This document shows positions 9,608 through 19,959 of a stretch of DNA of 64,000 bases, in pieces (positions within the stretch are counted from its first letter, which is position 1; the number at the start of each line of letters is the position of its first letter). Under the pieces are notes generated by a model. That model was not told the origin of the DNA and searched no databases. It saw only the letters and a program-made list of their open reading frames with translations. The position numbers and the translations under genes were made by a program. Where the stretch lies: positions 952-64,951 of the forward strand of contig CAIXIP010000008.1 in NCBI GenBank assembly GCA_903919535.1, read 5' to 3'. Source of the DNA: an uncultured Bacteroidota bacterium (GTDB taxonomy: Bacteria; Bacteroidota; Bacteroidia; 2-12-FULL-35-15).

Positions 9608-11020
9608 ATGCAACACTACAAAATTTATGTTGGTGGTGATTTTGTTGAAACGCAAAACATATTAAATGTTGTTGATCCATTTACTCAACAAATAATTGCA
9701 ACAACCTATTTGGGTGGTTCGGAAGAATTAGAACTAGCAATCAAAAAGGCCGAATCAATTAAAGAAGAGTTTAAAAATTTATCTTCTTACAAGCGTTATG
9801 ATATTTTAATGCAGATTGCTTTTGAAATAAAAAAAGATCGTGATCGTCTGGCAACAATCCTTTGCAATGAATCCGCGAAGCCAATGCGTTACGCCTTAGG
9901 GGAGATTGATAGAGCAGTACAAACTTTTATTGTTGCTGCGGAAGAAAGCAAACGTTTACCGAAAGAATATATTTCACTCGACTGGACAGCAGCAGGAGAA
10001 GGCAAAGAAGGCATCGTTAAATATTTTCCCGTTGGTTTGATTGCAGGGATAGCACCGTTTAATTTCCCAATGAATTTAGCTGTACATAAAATTGCGCCTG
10101 CTATAGCAGCAGGTTGTCCCATCATATTGAAACCTGCTTCTTCAACGCCACTTTCTACGTTAGAATTGGCAAAAATAATTGATAGAACGGAACTTCCAAA
10201 AGGAGCTGTTTCTATTATTCCAATGAACAGAACTGCCGGAAATCAATTGGTAACTGATGAACGTTTTAAGTTGTTATCATTCACAGGTTCGCCAGTTGTT
10301 GGTTGGGAAATGAAGCGTAATGCAGGGAAAAAGAAAGTTGTGTTGGAGCTCGGTGGCAATGCAGCTGTGGTAATAACCCCTAGTGCAAACATCGAAAAAG
10401 TAACGGTAAAATGTGTTGCAGGAGGTTTTGCTTATAGCGGACAAGTATGTATTCATGCACAGCGTTTTTATGTTCATGAAAGTATTTTTGAAAAATTTAC
10501 GTTTCAATTTATTGAGGCAACGAAGAAATTAAAACAGGGAAACCCTGAAGAACTTAGTACTGATATATCCTCCATGATAGATGAAGAAAATGCAAAACGT
10601 GTGGAAGCTTTGATCAATGAGGCAATCCAACAAGGCGCTGAAATTTTGTTTGGAGGAAAACGTATTGGAACATTTGTTGAACCAACTATCATTACTAAAA
10701 CGACCAAAGCAATGAAGGTATGCTGTGAAGAGGTTTTTGGACCTGTTGTTATTATTGAAAAATATAGCAATTTCAAAGAGGCTGTTAATTTAGTAAACGA
10801 CTCAGATTTTGGTTTGCAAGCAGGCGTTTTTACGAATGAAATTTCTGAAAGTGAATACGCATTCAATAACATTGAAGTAGGTGGAATAGTAATTAACGAT
10901 GTTCCAACTTTTCGTGTTGACCATATGCCTTATGGCGGGATTAAAGATTCGGGCTTAGGCCGCGAAGGTGTGAAATATGCCATAATGGATATGATGGAAG
11001 CAAAGGTTTTGGTCAAATAA
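9608..11020 (+). CDS. Aldehyde dehydrogenase family protein
   Basis: PFNFP, FTGS, LELGGN, GQVCI, EEVFGP and PYGGIKDSGLGREG motifs. ATG at 9608. Confidence 0.93.
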   Translation: MQHYKIYVGGDFVETQNILNVVDPFTQQIIATTYLGGSEELELAIKKAESIKEEFKNLSSYKRYDILMQIAFEIKKDRDRLATILCNESAKPMRYALGEIDRAVQTFIVAAEESKRLPKEYISLDWTAAGEGKEGIVKYFPVGLIAGIAPFNFPMNLAVHKIAPAIAAGCPIILKPASSTPLSTLELAKIIDRTELPKGAVSIIPMNRTAGNQLVTDERFKLLSFTGSPVVGWEMKRNAGKKKVVLELGGNAAVVITPSANIEKVTVKCVAGGFAYSGQVCIHAQRFYVHESIFEKFTFQFIEATKKLKQGNPEELSTDISSMIDEENAKRVEALINEAIQQGAEILFGGKRIGTFVEPTIITKTTKAMKVCCEEVFGPVVIIEKYSNFKEAVNLVNDSDFGLQAGVFTNEISESEYAFNNIEVGGIVINDVPTFRVDHMPYGGIKDSGLGREGVKYAIMDMMEAKVLVK

Positions 11021-11032
11021 TCAAGTTAATCT

Positions 11033-12115
11033 CTACAGTAATTCTTTTATTTTTTCTTCTGCCTTTTTAGAATAAAAACCTTTTTCATTTTCAATTTCGA
11101 GCAACAAATTTTTTGCAATTTGTTGCTCACCAGTTTTCAGTTTTAATAAAGCTAAATTCCATTTTGCTTCTTGATAAAATGCATTGTTTTGGTTTTGCAA
11201 AACGTGTTCTAAATAGTTGATCGCAGAATTGTATTTTCCATTTTGAGAAAGCGATAAAGCACCATAGAATAAAGCGTTAATGTCATTAGGATTGTTTTCG
11301 AGTAACAATTGAAATGATGAAATGGCCTTAGAGTATTTTCCTTTATTGAAATATTCCAGTCCTTGCTTTAATACTCTATTGGCTGCAATACTATGTGTTT
11401 CTTCCTTTTCAACTAAATTGTTTGAGCTTCCTTTGTTTTCTTTGTAGGATGGTGTGTGTCCCTTAAAAACAAATGCTTGAGGGGTATGATTAAAATATAG
11501 ATTATTATAGTCAGTCACTTTTAAATCATAAATATATATTACATCAGAATTATAGTTGGTTTGTAAAACATTATCGTTATTGCTGAAAGATGATTCTATA
11601 TAGTTGGAAGGAATGCGTTCTATTTCTTTAATAGGTATTAAAGTATTTTCAATTAAAATTCTTTGTGATGTCTTATTTTTTCTAACCGTTTTTTTAATTA
11701 CAAGAACTTTTTTCACGGTAGTAGGGTTGATCGACTCACGCTTAGAAGAAATCAGGCTAATTGGTTTAGCATTTTCTGTAAATACAGATTTTGTTTTGTT
11801 TTCAGAAAAAATATCAACCCATTTATAAAAACCTAAAATAGAGATTAGTGAAACAAAAGCAATTGCGATATACTTAAAAGTAATTGGTTTTGCGTGAGAG
11901 GCATTTGTTTTTACATCAATTTTATGATGAATATTAGCTAAGTCTTCAAATGAAAAAGGCAAAACGGAAAAGCCATTTACTGCGCTCGCACACAATTCAC
12001 AAGAAGAAATATGCATGTATAATTGTTCGTGTTCTAACTTGTTAATTTTATGTGACGAATAAGCCTGAAGTTGTTCGAAGCTAAGACAACTGGTAAAAAT
12101 TGTATCTGTTTTCAT
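11033..12115 (-). CDS. Putative zinc-binding anti-sigma factor with TM helix and C-terminal TPR
   Basis: HISSCELC (HxxxCxxC) near the N-terminus, one TM segment, TPR repeats; directly downstream of an ECF sigma. Confidence 0.75.
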   Translation of the reverse strand: MKTDTIFTSCLSFEQLQAYSSHKINKLEHEQLYMHISSCELCASAVNGFSVLPFSFEDLANIHHKIDVKTNASHAKPITFKYIAIAFVSLISILGFYKWVDIFSENKTKSVFTENAKPISLISSKRESINPTTVKKVLVIKKTVRKNKTSQRILIENTLIPIKEIERIPSNYIESSFSNNDNVLQTNYNSDVIYIYDLKVTDYNNLYFNHTPQAFVFKGHTPSYKENKGSSNNLVEKEETHSIAANRVLKQGLEYFNKGKYSKAISSFQLLLENNPNDINALFYGALSLSQNGKYNSAINYLEHVLQNQNNAFYQEAKWNLALLKLKTGEQQIAKNLLLEIENEKGFYSKKAEEKIKELL

Positions 12116-12142
12116 GGGGATTGGTTTTATTTCATCAAGCTA

Positions 12143-12718
12143 CTATTGACGATTTTCTAATATCAATAATTTTAAATTTCGTTTTCCATTTTGAATATAA
12201 CTTTTCACTTCATTCACGGAATAGCCTGTTATTTCAACTATTTGAGTGTAACTCATGTTTTTAAAGTAAAATAATTCAATGCATTTTTTTTGAAAAGGGT
12301 TTAGATTATTTAGTGCACTTTCTAACTTTTCAAAACTGCTTTCTTTTTCTTTTGCATCATCCGCATCAATCACAAACACTTGCTGCTTTAACTCATAATG
12401 GTATTCTTCATTACGATTTGCTTGTGTGTTTAATTTTCTTATTTCAGAAATACAATAATTTCTTACTACAAATGTGAGCCAAGCTTTAAAGTTCTCTACC
12501 TCACGTTTTTTTAATTCCTCAAATAGTTTTTCGAAAATTTGAAGCACAATGTCTTTTGCATCGTCTTTGTCCTTAAAGTAATTTAGACACATACCAAAAA
12601 CCAAATGGGCATAACGCTTATAAAGCTCACCAACCAATTGCTTGTCATGTGTTGTTTTGTATAAAAGCACTAAGTCCTTATCGCTTAGCTGACCTATGTT
12701 TGTGTTTGAAAAACTCAT
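12143..12718 (-). CDS. ECF sigma factor
   Basis: Region 2 (LYKRYAHLV...DAKDIV...FKAWL..VVRNYC) and region 4 (SYTQI...VKSYIQNGKRNLK). Confidence 0.92.
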   Translation of the reverse strand: MSFSNTNIGQLSDKDLVLLYKTTHDKQLVGELYKRYAHLVFGMCLNYFKDKDDAKDIVLQIFEKLFEELKKREVENFKAWLTFVVRNYCISEIRKLNTQANRNEEYHYELKQQVFVIDADDAKEKESSFEKLESALNNLNPFQKKCIELFYFKNMSYTQIVEITGYSVNEVKSYIQNGKRNLKLLILENRQ

Positions 12719-12982
12719 AACCCGATTATTTTAGAATTTCCCGGAATCGGTTCTTGACCAATAGACGTTTGCTATTATCAGATTCCATAAACTTTTACTT
12801 TAGAGACAGGATTTTGTTTTTGAGAATGAGTAAGCGGCAGGTTTTTTAAAATAAGCGGTTTTAAATTTATTATATATCGATAATCGAAAAGTATTTATGG
12901 AAATAGATTTTTGATCACGTCTTAATGCCAAACGAGAATGATCGCGAACTCGAATAATATTAATCTTAAAAACTATAAAAAA

Positions 12983-13762
12983 ATGAAAACAATTAAACTA
13001 ATTTTAGCTATCACAGCTTTCGCAATTGCGGGCAAGATGAATGCACAGGAAACTGGTATCATAAGAGGAACATTGAAAAATGACAAAGGAGAAAACATGA
13101 TTTTTGTTCCTGTTGCTTTAATGGAAGATTCAACTATTGTTGCTGGAATCCAAACAAATGAGCAAGGTGATTTTACTTTTAAACAACTTACTCCGGGAGT
13201 TTATAATCTAAAATTTTCGTATACAGGTTATGCTACCTTATTGGTTGAGGGAGTTGAAGCAATAGCCAATCAAACTTCTTATGTTTATAGAAACATGAAA
13301 ACAAAAGTTGAGACACTAGGAATAGTTGAAGTTATTTCAGATAAATGGGAAAAACCAATTATTGATTCCAGATTTTCAGATCTTACTACAATATCGATTG
13401 AACAAATCGAAAATAGCGCAGTTGGAAAAAGTGATATCGTTTCATTAATGATTAGTGTTACTCCGGGAATACAACCAACAGAAGATGGAAAAGATATTTA
13501 TATGAGAGGTTCGCGCCAGGGAAGCACTGGTTATTATGTTGATGGAAATCGCACAATGGGTGTTCCTGAAGTGCCGGGACAAGGCATTGCAAGTATGGAA
13601 GTGTTAACTGGTGGTGTTCCTGCGGAATATGGAGATTGCACCGGGGGCTTGGTAATTATTACAACAAAAGAATACAAATGGGAAATGCGAAAAAAGGAAA
13701 TGCAAAGGCGTGACCGAGCAGAAAGGGAATCAAAAAAAACTGTTTCAACAAAAAATGATTGA
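12983..13762 (+). CDS. Exported protein with carboxypeptidase-regulatory-like domain and TonB-receptor plug domain, no barrel
   Basis: Signal peptide ending NAQ; G.I.G...D..GE and G.Y.L..SY.GY; plug motifs MRGSR, YYVDG, EVLTGGVPAEYG..TGG.V.ITTK; stop about 30 aa after the plug. Confidence 0.75.
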   Translation: MKTIKLILAITAFAIAGKMNAQETGIIRGTLKNDKGENMIFVPVALMEDSTIVAGIQTNEQGDFTFKQLTPGVYNLKFSYTGYATLLVEGVEAIANQTSYVYRNMKTKVETLGIVEVISDKWEKPIIDSRFSDLTTISIEQIENSAVGKSDIVSLMISVTPGIQPTEDGKDIYMRGSRQGSTGYYVDGNRTMGVPEVPGQGIASMEVLTGGVPAEYGDCTGGLVIITTKEYKWEMRKKEMQRRDRAERESKKTVSTKND

Positions 13763-13795
13763 ACAGAAATAATAGTAATAGAGCTTTAAATTTTT

Positions 13796-13858
13796 AATGC
13801 TGGACTTGATTAGGGATCTTAATGAAAGGGATACCTAAATTAAGTCCATCATTTTTTT
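13796..13858. terminator. Long hairpin terminator between convergent genes
   Basis: TGGACTT(GA)TTAGG...CCTAA(AT)TAAGTCCA stem followed by a T tract. Confidence 0.6.
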
Positions 13859-13873
13859 ATTCTATTTCAAGAT

Positions 13874-14491
13874 CTATTTCTTTTCTTTAATTACAAACAA
13901 ATTAAATCCTAACCCGAAGGTAATCCTGAATTCTTGCAGTGACATAGGTTTAGGTGCATCGGATAAATGTTGCCCGTAAACATATCGAGTTTCTAAAAAC
14001 AGATGAGCAAATCGTTGAAAATAATAGTTGAACCCTAAACCAGCTGTTGCCAAAGGCGAAATTACCGGTTTATAATAAATGTTTTTTGTGTTGTCGGGAG
14101 AAAGTGTTGAATAACGTGCATTGTAAGATGATGTATATGCAAAGCCAGGTTGAAGAATAAAATATGGGTCGAAATGATTGTTGGTGTGAAAGTGGTAAGC
14201 CGCTCCTAACATAACAGAATGATTATCTTTTAGTCCCATCGAATCGGTTGTTAAGCCATTACTTCCCAGCATGTAATTACAATCTCCACGAACAGAAATT
14301 TTATTGTCTAAATAATATTCCAGATTTCCATTTACATGAACACAGTTAATATTATCCTTCAATAAAACTCCGGCAACAATAGAAGCATCAGCACGCACTA
14401 AGTGTTTATGAATAAATTGCTCCTCCTCTTGTTGCGCAAATCCGGCAACGGATAAACAAGCCAATATTAGAATAAAAAGTTTTCTTAACAT
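13874..14491 (-). CDS. Outer membrane beta-barrel protein (small, OmpA-TM/PorT-like)
   Basis: Signal peptide; FDPYF..QPG, GLGFNYYF, LETRY and TFGLGFN strands. Confidence 0.7.
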   Translation of the reverse strand: MLRKLFILILACLSVAGFAQQEEEQFIHKHLVRADASIVAGVLLKDNINCVHVNGNLEYYLDNKISVRGDCNYMLGSNGLTTDSMGLKDNHSVMLGAAYHFHTNNHFDPYFILQPGFAYTSSYNARYSTLSPDNTKNIYYKPVISPLATAGLGFNYYFQRFAHLFLETRYVYGQHLSDAPKPMSLQEFRITFGLGFNLFVIKEKK

Positions 14492-14534
14492 GATTAAAAT
14501 AGTTTAAAATAAAGTATACTTTATATGATGATTT

Positions 14535-15176
14535 TTATTTTTTCTTTAGCTGATCCCACATATCGAACAAGCGCACATTTAAACTTAGATTTATAAGCAA
14601 ATGCCCTTCAATACCTCTGATTTTTTCCTTTTCAATAAATAAATCTTTGTTTCCATCGATTTCGAAAACAGTTGCACGTACATCATAACCAAGGTGCATC
14701 ATGTACTGCGCGGTAAGTGAAACATCCACTCTGTCGGTAATATTATAATGGGCTCCTATTCCCGCTTGCACAGCGCTACTCCATTTGTCTTTATAGAAAG
14801 GGCTATTATTTTTTGAAACTTTGGTATAATCAAAACAGTGTCCGGCTAAAATATAAGGAGTCAATTTTCCTTTTGTTGTTTCACAATTAAATGGATATGC
14901 AACAACAGACCAGCCGATGTGCTCATCAACTCTTCGGGCGATACCTCCAATATCAGTTGTAATGTAATCAGCAAACCAATCGGTATTCATACGTTTACTT
15001 ATTCGTATCCTGAACTGACCACCGTAACCAAATCCATGCGCACCATCATCACTGAAGGCGCTAACTGTATTGCGTACGCCTAATTGGAAATATCCGCTTT
15101 CGGGATCCAATTTTCTTTTTTCCTGAGCCATTCCAACTATAGGGATCAGCAAAAGGAATAGCATTCGAGTTTTCAT
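14535..15176 (-). CDS. Outer membrane beta-barrel protein
   Basis: Signal peptide; GGQFRIR, TPYILAGHCFDY, QAGIGAHYNI. Confidence 0.65.
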   Translation of the reverse strand: MKTRMLFLLLIPIVGMAQEKRKLDPESGYFQLGVRNTVSAFSDDGAHGFGYGGQFRIRISKRMNTDWFADYITTDIGGIARRVDEHIGWSVVAYPFNCETTKGKLTPYILAGHCFDYTKVSKNNSPFYKDKWSSAVQAGIGAHYNITDRVDVSLTAQYMMHLGYDVRATVFEIDGNKDLFIEKEKIRGIEGHLLINLSLNVRLFDMWDQLKKK

Positions 15177-15325
15177 AAGAAAAATATTGTTTATGTATGT
15201 AGAACTGAATATTACTTTGAAATATTGTGTAATAAGCTATCAATAATCATTAAATATTCAACAAATATATCGATTTCAGTGTGTTGTGAAATAGTAATAA
15301 CGAAAAGAAAAATAAATTAATGGAA

Positions 15326-16000
15326 TTATTTTTTCTTTTTTTGTGAAGATAAAGTGGTGGGATTGGGTTCCTTTTTCCATTCAAAAGTCTCAATCATGTG
15401 ATAAATATCTTTTTGAATAAATTTTAGAACGGGCGCGATGGAGTCTGTGTTAGGGACAGCATTAAAGTATAATGCGCCACGCAAAAAATGTTTTGTGCTG
15501 TCTGTTAAAAAAAACTGAAAGGAAGAAGCGGCATTTCCTTCGATCTCGTATATCAAACCATAAACTTTACTTGAATCTTTTGCAATTGCTTGCTGTGAAA
15601 TCCCAGAAGCCTTTATTTGATGCTTTGACGCATATTGATAGGTTTCTTCCAGATTTTCTTTTAGATCACCATTTAGCTCTTTATACGTTAAATTTAAAGT
15701 GCCGTTAAAAGTTGGAAAATTTAAGTTCAACCAAGATGTTTCTGCATTAAAACTTTTACCTTTTTCCATTTTTGAGTAGACAGGAATTTCAAATGTAAAA
15801 GGAAAAATAGAGTCGTACTTTACATATTTTTTTTCAGGAAATGTTAATCGAAAATATGCTCTTGGCTTGGGTGCAATTGTATCGTCATCATCGCCACCAC
15901 AAGAAACAAATAATACACAAGACAAAAGTATCAAGAAGGAAGCTGTAATCACCTTTCTTAATAGCTGATAGCTAATACTTAATGTTTTATTCTTCTTCAT
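15326..16000 (-). CDS. gldD: Gliding motility lipoprotein GldD
   Basis: Lipobox FVSC; PKPRAYFRL; GNAAS..QFFLTDSTKHFLRGALYF...PN.DS..P. Confidence 0.93.
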   Translation of the reverse strand: MKKNKTLSISYQLLRKVITASFLILLSCVLFVSCGGDDDDTIAPKPRAYFRLTFPEKKYVKYDSIFPFTFEIPVYSKMEKGKSFNAETSWLNLNFPTFNGTLNLTYKELNGDLKENLEETYQYASKHQIKASGISQQAIAKDSSKVYGLIYEIEGNAASSFQFFLTDSTKHFLRGALYFNAVPNTDSIAPVLKFIQKDIYHMIETFEWKKEPNPTTLSSQKKKK

Positions 16001-17333
16001 TTCTGTTAATAGTTATTTTAACTCTTTTTATTCTGCGATTATCTGCGGATTCAATTATAAAGAGCAAATTTTTAAAATTTATTTTGTCATTTTTTGAAGG
16101 AATTCTGCCTTCTATTTCAATTAAAAAACCTGCTAATGTATCTGCTTCACCTTTTGCATCCTCGAAATCACTTCCATCAATTTGTAAAATTCTATATACA
16201 TCATTTAACGCAGCTTTACCTTCAAAAACAAAATTGTCTTCATCTAGTTTTGAATAAACCAGATCATCATCATCAAACTCATCATTTATTTCACCAACAA
16301 TCTCTTCGATTACGTCCTCCAAAGTTACGATGCCCGAAGTGCCTCCATATTCATCTACAACAATAGCAAGGTGGGTTTTTTTATTCTGAAACTCTCGTAA
16401 CAAGTCATCAATTTTTTTATTCTCAGGAACAAAAAATGGTGGGCGAATAATTTTATGCCAGTCGAAATTATCTTGCTCATCTAAATATTGAAGAAGATCT
16501 TTTGCATAAAGCACTCCTGCAATATTATCAATTGTTCCTTTATAAATTGGAATACGGGAAAATCCACAGGAAACAATATCCGAAAGCAATTTTTTGTATC
16601 CAGTTTCAAATTCAAATGCAGTAAAATCCATACGTGATTTCATGATTTGTTTTACATCGGTTGCGCCAAATTTTACAATGCCTTTAAGTATTTTATGGTC
16701 TTCTTCCGGAATATCATCTTCAGATGTAAGGTCTAGGGCTTGAGATAATTCATCAACAGAAATGTTGTGTGATTTAGGTTTAATTAATTTATCGAGTAGT
16801 GATGTCGAATAAACTAATGCTGAACTAACCGGAGAAAATAATTTTTGTAAAAATCTCACAAAATATACTAGAACTCTTGTTGAATTTAATGGGTTTTGAG
16901 TCGCATAAATTTTAGGTATCACTTCACCTACTAGTAAAATCAGAAATGTTACAATCACTACCTGAATTAAAAATCCCATCAAACGATTTTGAGAAAAATC
17001 GAATAGTTCTTCCATCACAAATGTTGAAAGGATAACAATAGCAATATTAATAAAATTGATACTAATTAATACAGTTGCCAACAAACGTTTTGGGGCAGCT
17101 ATTAAAGCCAGGATCTTTTCATCTGTTTTGGTTCCTGATGTTTTCAGGTTTTCCATATCTGTGGGAGTAAGCGAAAAAAATGCTGATTCGGCTGCAGAAA
17201 CAAATGCAACAATGATCAACAATACAAGCATGGAAATTATTGCAAATAAAACACTCAGAGAAAAAGATTTTACGATAATGCTTATTAGCAATGAAGTATG
17301 CGATAATAAATGTAAGCTACTCGGGACGTCCAA
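15987..17333 (-). CDS. gldE: Gliding motility-associated protein GldE (CNNM/CBS/CorC)
   Basis: [19 protein letters not shown] pair, [23 protein letters not shown]; ssb-gldE-gldD synteny. Confidence 0.9.
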   Translation of the reverse strand: MDVPSSLHLLSHTSLLISIIVKSFSLSVLFAIISMLVLLIIVAFVSAAESAFFSLTPTDMENLKTSGTKTDEKILALIAAPKRLLATVLISINFINIAIVILSTFVMEELFDFSQNRLMGFLIQVVIVTFLILLVGEVIPKIYATQNPLNSTRVLVYFVRFLQKLFSPVSSALVYSTSLLDKLIKPKSHNISVDELSQALDLTSEDDIPEEDHKILKGIVKFGATDVKQIMKSRMDFTAFEFETGYKKLLSDIVSCGFSRIPIYKGTIDNIAGVLYAKDLLQYLDEQDNFDWHKIIRPPFFVPENKKIDDLLREFQNKKTHLAIVVDEYGGTSGIVTLEDVIEEIVGEINDEFDDDDLVYSKLDEDNFVFEGKAALNDVYRILQIDGSDFEDAKGEADTLAGFLIEIEGRIPSKNDKINFKNLLFIIESADNRRIKRVKITINRNEEE

Positions 17334-17418
17334 AATGTTGGTTATTAGTTAAAAAATAATGTTTGAAACAAAGATATTGCTTTGCTTCGAACATTGCATT
17401 ATAATTTCATTTGTATGA

Positions 17419-17826
17419 TCAGAAGGGTAGGTCATCTCCGGTTTTGTGCCCAGAAATCGCTGAGTCTTCTGTTCCTGTTGATGATTGAGGGTTTTCTTTT
17501 TTACTTAAAATGGTAAATGTATCGCCAACAATTTCTGTTGTATATCTTTTATGACCTTCTTTATCATCCCATGAACGTGTGCGTAATTTGCCTTCGATAT
17601 AAATTGTCATTCCTTTTTTAAGATATTTTTCTGCTATTTCAGCCAAGCCTCTCCAAACAACAATGTTATGCCATTCTGTTTGTTCATTGCGCTGTCCTGT
17701 CTTGTCTTTGTATGATTCAGTTGTCGCTAAAGGGAAGTTTGCAACTACTGCACCTCCTTCTAAATGTCGAACTTCAGGGTCTTTCCCTAAATTTCCTACT
17801 AAAATAACTTTGTTAACGCCTGCCAT
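17419..17826 (-). CDS. ssb: Single-stranded DNA-binding protein
   Basis: [18 protein letters not shown]...TEWH...DDLPF. ATG at 17826. Confidence 0.97.
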   Translation of the reverse strand: MAGVNKVILVGNLGKDPEVRHLEGGAVVANFPLATTESYKDKTGQRNEQTEWHNIVVWRGLAEIAEKYLKKGMTIYIEGKLRTRSWDDKEGHKRYTTEIVGDTFTILSKKENPQSSTGTEDSAISGHKTGDDLPF

Positions 17827-17951
17827 AAAAATAATTTTAAGTTTAATAATAACAAATATAATAATACAAGAGGATATACTTCTTCCAATCAAAAGAATAT
17901 TTATAATTTTGCACTCTCTATAGGTTTAATAACAATTCTAAAAAAAACACA

Positions 17952-18602
17952 TTGAAAAAAATTAGACTACATCTGTTATTTTCTTTTTTCGTTCTGATTT
18001 CAGTTGGTGCAAAAGCACAAAGCGGAAATGAAGAGTCTGAAAACTGTGTTGGTGAAGGCAAATTTATTGTTGATGCTTATTATGGTTATCCTTATGTAAT
18101 GGGCAACTATATAAAAGATTATTATAATAATTATAATAGCGGCTCTTTACAGGATGAAAAAGTTGTAAATTATAATCATGTGGGTGGAAAATTTGAATAC
18201 ATGATAAATGATATTGTGGGTATGGGAGTAGATTATACATATGCGAAAGTAGTTTATACATATACTGATTCATATTACGTTAATGGACAGTCGTTGCCTA
18301 AATACGACAGGTTTACCGAAAGCCTCACTAAGCAAAGGTTTTTACTTAGAGTGAATATACACTTTGCTACTACAAGGGAGTTGGATCCATATGCTACTGC
18401 CGGATTTGGTTATAAACAAACTGTTTTTAAGACAAATAATCCTAATAATTACAATTATGATATGTCTTTTTTTAATGCATTTCCTGTAGCTTTTAGGCTT
18501 GGTGCAGGTCTACGTTGGTTTTTTACAGACAATATTGGTGTTTGTGTTGAAGCAGGAATTGGCGGCCCTGCAATTCAGGGTGGTTTATGTGCAAAATTTT
18601 AA
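17952..18602 (+). CDS. Outer membrane beta-barrel protein
   Basis: Signal peptide AKAQ; LDPYATAGFGY; GAGLRWFFTDNIG; C-terminal F. Confidence 0.75.
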   Translation: MKKIRLHLLFSFFVLISVGAKAQSGNEESENCVGEGKFIVDAYYGYPYVMGNYIKDYYNNYNSGSLQDEKVVNYNHVGGKFEYMINDIVGMGVDYTYAKVVYTYTDSYYVNGQSLPKYDRFTESLTKQRFLLRVNIHFATTRELDPYATAGFGYKQTVFKTNNPNNYNYDMSFFNAFPVAFRLGAGLRWFFTDNIGVCVEAGIGGPAIQGGLCAKF

Positions 18603-18660
18603 ATGAGTTTAAATAATTAGATAGAATACTTTATCTAGGATCAGCAATTATTAAAATTTT

Positions 18661-19944
18661 ATGAAAGTAAATTATCAGTTAGCCGAAGAGGCTGTAAAAG
18701 AAGTTAAAAGCGGGAATCGTGTTTTTGTTCATGGAAGTGCAGCAACTCCATTACATCTTCTTAAAGCCCTTTTTAAAAGGAAATATGAATTAAGTAATGT
18801 TGAATTGGTTTGTATCAGCACACTTGGTGATGCAGGTTTTGACCAAAAAGATTTCGGAAAAAGTTTTTTTATAAATTCTCTTTTCGTTTCAGAAAATATT
18901 CGTGAAATCGTGAACAGCGAAAATGGAGATTACGTCCCAGTATTTTTGAGCGAAATACATCAATTGTTTGATAAAAGAATTTTAGACCTAGATGTTGCTA
19001 TCATTCATGTTTCACCACCCGACATTCATGGCTACTGCTCATTGGGAACATCTATAGATATTGCCCGTTCGGCAGTGAGAAATGCTAAATATATTATTGC
19101 ACAAGTGAACAAACAAATGCCGCGAACTCTTGGTGATGGTATGGTGCATATAAGTAATATCAATGCAATGGTTGAGGTGGATGAAGCAATTCCTGAAGTT
19201 AGTTATCAATCAAAAATAAATGAAAATGCATTAACAATTGGTAAATACTGTGCAGAATTAATTGAAGACCGTTCGTCTTTGCAAATGGGAATTGGTGCAA
19301 TACCCGATGCCGTTCTATCTTGCTTGCATACTCACAAAGACTTAGGTATTCATACCGAAATGTTTTCGGATGGTGTTATTCCTCTTGTAGAAAAAGGTGT
19401 TATAACGAATAAGTATAAAACAAAACACAGAGGGAAAATTGCCACAGGTTTTATTATTGGCACTCGTAAATTGTATGATTTTGTTAACGATAATCCTTTT
19501 GTAATATTTTTGGAATCATCTTACGTTAATGACACAAAAGTGATTCGAACAAACTCCAGGTCTGTGGCGATAAATTCAGCGTTGGAAATTGATATCACCG
19601 GACAAATTTGTGCTGATTCTATTGGTTCTTATCAGTATTCAGGTGTTGGTGGGCAAATGGATTTCATGCGCGGAGCTGCACTGTCTGATGGAGGAAAGCC
19701 AATTATAGCAATGAGTTCAGTTACTAATAAAGGCGAATCAAAAATAGTCCCTTTTCTGAAAATGGGAGCTGGTATTGTTACAACTAGAGCTCACGTACAT
19801 TACGTTGTTACCGAATTTGGTGTAGCTTATTTATTTGGAAAAAATTTAAAACAACGAGCTGATGCGTTGGTAAAAATTGCTCATCCTGCCCATCGCGAAG
19901 AGTTGGAAAAAGCTATATTCCTTAGGTTTGGAAAAGAAAAGTAA
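18661..19944 (+). CDS. Acetyl-CoA hydrolase/transferase (4-hydroxybutyrate CoA-transferase-like)
   Basis: LQMGIGAIP, GIHTEM, SGVGGQMDFMRGA, VVTEFG. Confidence 0.92.
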   Translation: MKVNYQLAEEAVKEVKSGNRVFVHGSAATPLHLLKALFKRKYELSNVELVCISTLGDAGFDQKDFGKSFFINSLFVSENIREIVNSENGDYVPVFLSEIHQLFDKRILDLDVAIIHVSPPDIHGYCSLGTSIDIARSAVRNAKYIIAQVNKQMPRTLGDGMVHISNINAMVEVDEAIPEVSYQSKINENALTIGKYCAELIEDRSSLQMGIGAIPDAVLSCLHTHKDLGIHTEMFSDGVIPLVEKGVITNKYKTKHRGKIATGFIIGTRKLYDFVNDNPFVIFLESSYVNDTKVIRTNSRSVAINSALEIDITGQICADSIGSYQYSGVGGQMDFMRGAALSDGGKPIIAMSSVTNKGESKIVPFLKMGAGIVTTRAHVHYVVTEFGVAYLFGKNLKQRADALVKIAHPAHREELEKAIFLRFGKEK

Positions 19945-19959
19945 ATAATTAAAAAGGTA

